Assembly: GCA_948485625.1 (NCBI GenBank)
Contig: CAOMRW010000001.1
Span: 70,449 to 134,448 of the forward strand
Source of the DNA: an uncultured Clostridia bacterium
Lineage (GTDB): Bacteria; Bacillota; Clostridia; TANB77; CAG-508
Direction: 5' to 3'
DNA: 64,000 nucleotides
In this document: piece after piece, positions 61,398-64,000 of the stretch
Position numbering within the stretch: the stretch's first letter is position 1
How the letters are laid out: each line of letters begins with the position of its first letter
Notes under the pieces: model-generated
The model's database searches: none
What the model was told of the DNA's origin: nothing
The model's input: only the letters and a program-made list of their open reading frames with translations
Position numbers and translations under genes: made by a program

Positions 61398-62456
61398 TTA
61401 CATATTTAATTTATATTGTAAATCTCCTAATTTTTCAGTTGTTACATATCCTGCTTCTGCTTTTATTACATCTGGAATTCTGTTCACAACTGTTGCACAT
61501 GTCAATTCTACTGTTGATGGTTTTTCTACCGTTATTGTAGTAGTTGGTTCTCCCTCTACAGTCCAAACATTTTTATCAAATTCATCTGGTGCATATACTT
61601 TTCCTATACACTCTGATTCTATTGTTATTCCTTCTTTTGTTTCAGTTGTTACAACTGCACTCATTCCTGTTGCATCTCCTGCTTTTACTGTCATTCCTAA
61701 TGTTGATGAATATATATCTTCTTTATATGTTTGTGGTACACATTTTTGTGTTTGACTTATAACTGTTAATCCAAGTTTTGAGCATAACCATCCATTTACA
61801 TTCCACATATATGATGGTGCAAATTCTCCTTTTTCTATTATTTTGTTTCTTTCTTCTTCTGATATGTTATCTGCTGTTGCTATTTGTTTTTCGAATTCGT
61901 CTAATGTTAATCCTGCTCCATGTGCTTCTGCTAATGCAATTCCATATTCTTCAACATTATAGCTTGAACTTCCTTTTATCTTTGTTATTTTTTGTGTCGA
62001 TCCAGCAATAGATGTTATAAGTTGTCCCCAATATATATCTTGATATCCTGTTCCTGTTATTGTACAATTATTCTTTTTTGCTAATTCATCAATTTTATTT
62101 GTTAATGTTGGGTTTGAATTTTGTGGATAGAATGCTTCTTCACATGTTGATATTGCATTTATTCCAAGTTCAGCACATAACATATATGGTTCTTCTAATT
62201 CAGATATTAAACTTCTTGTTGTTATTATACATATATCTGGTTTTACTGCTTTCATCATTTCTTTTGCACTTTCTGTTGATGTTACTGTTACTCCTATTTT
62301 TTCTTGTCCTAATATTTCTCCTATGTCTTTTCCTATTACTTCTGGGTTTATATCTACAGCACCTACTATTTCAATTCCTTTTTCTAGCATATATCTCATT
62401 GTATATATACTCATTTTTCCTACGCCATATTGAATAGCTTTAATTTTTTGTTCCAT
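61398..62456 (-). CDS. NAD(P)-binding DapB-like / amine dehydrogenase family protein (2,4-diaminopentanoate dehydrogenase-like)
   Basis: A 352 aa ORF with an N-terminal Rossmann-like IQYGVGKM. The family call is from recollection. Confidence 0.45.
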   Translation of the reverse strand: MEQKIKAIQYGVGKMSIYTMRYMLEKGIEIVGAVDINPEVIGKDIGEILGQEKIGVTVTSTESAKEMMKAVKPDICIITTRSLISELEEPYMLCAELGINAISTCEEAFYPQNSNPTLTNKIDELAKKNNCTITGTGYQDIYWGQLITSIAGSTQKITKIKGSSSYNVEEYGIALAEAHGAGLTLDEFEKQIATADNISEEERNKIIEKGEFAPSYMWNVNGWLCSKLGLTVISQTQKCVPQTYKEDIYSSTLGMTVKAGDATGMSAVVTTETKEGITIESECIGKVYAPDEFDKNVWTVEGEPTTTITVEKPSTVELTCATVVNRIPDVIKAEAGYVTTEKLGDLQYKLNM

Positions 62457-62593
62457 ATAGAAACCTCCTTTGTATTTTATTTTATATATTTTTTTTAATT
62501 ATATACATAATTAGATTTATAAACAAGCAAATACACTAAATTTTCAAAAAAAATAAATTCTTTGAAATTATTTTTCAAAGAATTTATTTTTTA

Positions 62594-62670
62594 TGGTGCT
62601 CCCTCAAGGATTCGAACCTTGGACCCACCGGTTATGAGCCGGTTGCTCTGACCAACTGAGCTAAGGGAGC
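62594..62670 (-). tRNA. tRNA with anticodon CAT; it resembles tRNA-Ile2 (lysidine type) more than elongator or initiator Met
   Basis: Hand-folded. It reads GCTCCCTTAGCTCAGTTGGTCAGAGC..., has the anticodon arm CCGG-CTCATAA-CCGG and encodes CCA. It lacks the three G-C pairs typical of an initiator. Confidence 0.85.
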
Positions 62671-62845
62671 AACTTATTAAATTATTTCTTGCTTAACGCA
62701 AGATAAAGTATATACTATTTTTTATATATTGTCAATACATTTTTTTATTTTTTTCCAAAATTATAAAACTTTTATAATTTATTTATATTTTAATCATTTA
62801 AGAGGGATTTTAAGATTTATTCTTTATAATCCCTCTTTTATTTTA

Positions 62846-63691
62846 TTAAGAATTTTCTCCTCTTCCTTCTGGAAGTGCTGGATATTGTAAAACAACTCTA
62901 ACTTTAGTTATGTATCTTATTGCTCTTACAATTTTACTATTTTTAATTCTTTCCCATAATGATGGTTTAGCTTCAAATGTAGTTTCTTCAATATATTCTT
63001 GTTGAACTTGTTCTTGAGTAGCTATTTCTTGTACTTCTTCAATCTTTTCTACTTTTGCTGGTTCTTCAACTGGTGTTGGTATAGTTTTTAATGCATCTGC
63101 AACTTCTATTCCTATATAACTTAATGCTTTTGATCTATCTTCTATTCTTTCCATATCTATTTCTATATGTAAGTTAGATTCTAGATTGTTTACTCTAGCA
63201 TTTAATAGTTTCATTGCATCTATATGATTTTGTGATTTATCACTTTTGCATTTTCCTACTATATTTAATGTGTCTATTATATCTTCTGAAAAATTCTTTT
63301 CTGCTTCTTTTACTTTTGCTTTCCAGTCTGTTTCTTTATTATCAACTATTTCAATTAGCTCTTTTAATTGTCCAGCTAAAGAAATATTTTGTTCTCTTTG
63401 TCTAATTAATTCTTCAATTCTTTTTGTATTTTCCTCAAATTGATTTGTTGCAAATTCAACTAGGCCATAAGAAGCTTTATATACACTACTAGGGAAATTT
63501 TTCTTTTTAGGATATTCTATTAAATAAGTTTTTATAGATTCTATTAAATCTTTAAAGTAAGCATCTTCTTCTAATTGCACAATTTGCTTCTTACTATTAG
63601 GATTTATCATCTTTTGAACTTTTTCTATGTTTGATAAAATTTTCTCTTCCGTGATTACCATTCTCACGTTTACTATGCCAGATTTAGACAT
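62846..63691 (-). CDS. hypothetical coiled-coil-rich protein
   Basis: The ORF track gives 62846-63700. An ATG at 63689-63691 (MSKSGIV) is the likelier start. Confidence 0.5.
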   Translation of the reverse strand: MSKSGIVNVRMVITEEKILSNIEKVQKMINPNSKKQIVQLEEDAYFKDLIESIKTYLIEYPKKKNFPSSVYKASYGLVEFATNQFEENTKRIEELIRQREQNISLAGQLKELIEIVDNKETDWKAKVKEAEKNFSEDIIDTLNIVGKCKSDKSQNHIDAMKLLNARVNNLESNLHIEIDMERIEDRSKALSYIGIEVADALKTIPTPVEEPAKVEKIEEVQEIATQEQVQQEYIEETTFEAKPSLWERIKNSKIVRAIRYITKVRVVLQYPALPEGRGENS

Positions 63692-63837
63692 TGTAAACAA
63701 CCTCCTTTATCTTACGCTTTATTGCTTTTCATGTTTCTTTTATAATTATACAATATTAAACAAAAAACTACAATAGAATTGCAGTTTTTTTATTTTACAT
63801 TTTTATTACAATTTTGTTACATTTCTGTAATATTTCA

Positions 63838-64000
63838 TTATACTTTTTTCATTTCTTCATGTCTTTTTATTTTTCTTGTAGTTGTTTTTATTAATTCTTC
63901 ATCTGTTACAATTATATCTTTTATATATTTATATGTAGGCATAGTTTTGTTTATACTTTTTATTTCTTTCCATAATTTATCTTTTATTTCTTGTTTATCT
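63838..64000 (-). CDS. C-terminal end of an AMP-binding (acyl-CoA synthetase-like) enzyme, partial
   Basis: My translation is ...WKEIKSINKTMPTYKYIKDIIVTDEELIKTTTRKIKRHEEMKKV, with the stop at 63838-63840. The tail pattern is typical of long-chain acyl-CoA ligases. Confidence 0.45.
   Translation of the reverse strand, partial: DKQEIKDKLWKEIKSINKTMPTYKYIKDIIVTDEELIKTTTRKIKRHEEMKKV

Overview
This is a low-GC (roughly one quarter G+C by eye), gene-dense chromosomal segment from a spore-forming, Clostridia-like Firmicute (gpr, splB and ytxC are present). It uses the standard code: TGA, TAA and TAG all terminate conserved genes. Almost all genes lie on the minus strand. The backbone comprises rpsB-tsf, pyrH, frr, an ispA-like gene, a DUF4912/GH57 glycogen pair, fhs, xseA-xseB-nusB with an asp23 cluster, priA-def-fmt, mutS2, thyA-dfr, an ftsZ paralogue, dinB and 5 tRNAs. 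The accessory content includes:
- five paralogous large surface proteins with a pilin-like N-terminus (two disrupted), several sharing a conserved promoter and leader;
- a TasA/BsaA-like plus ChW secreted-protein operon;
- duplicated dinD genes flanking unknown genes;
- a RibD_C/HD/NUDIX cluster;
- a Tn4451-like mobilisable element beside tRNA-Tyr;
- several families of GC-rich palindromic intergenic repeats.

The most unusual observation is eight frame breaks of only two kinds. Five occur at an in-frame CGG that must be read +1 as a conserved Gly. Three occur at in-phase A_AAA_AAN runs that need a -1 shift. This is either systematic assembly error or recoding, and sequence alone cannot decide. 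All family names come from my own reading of the translations; no database was searched.
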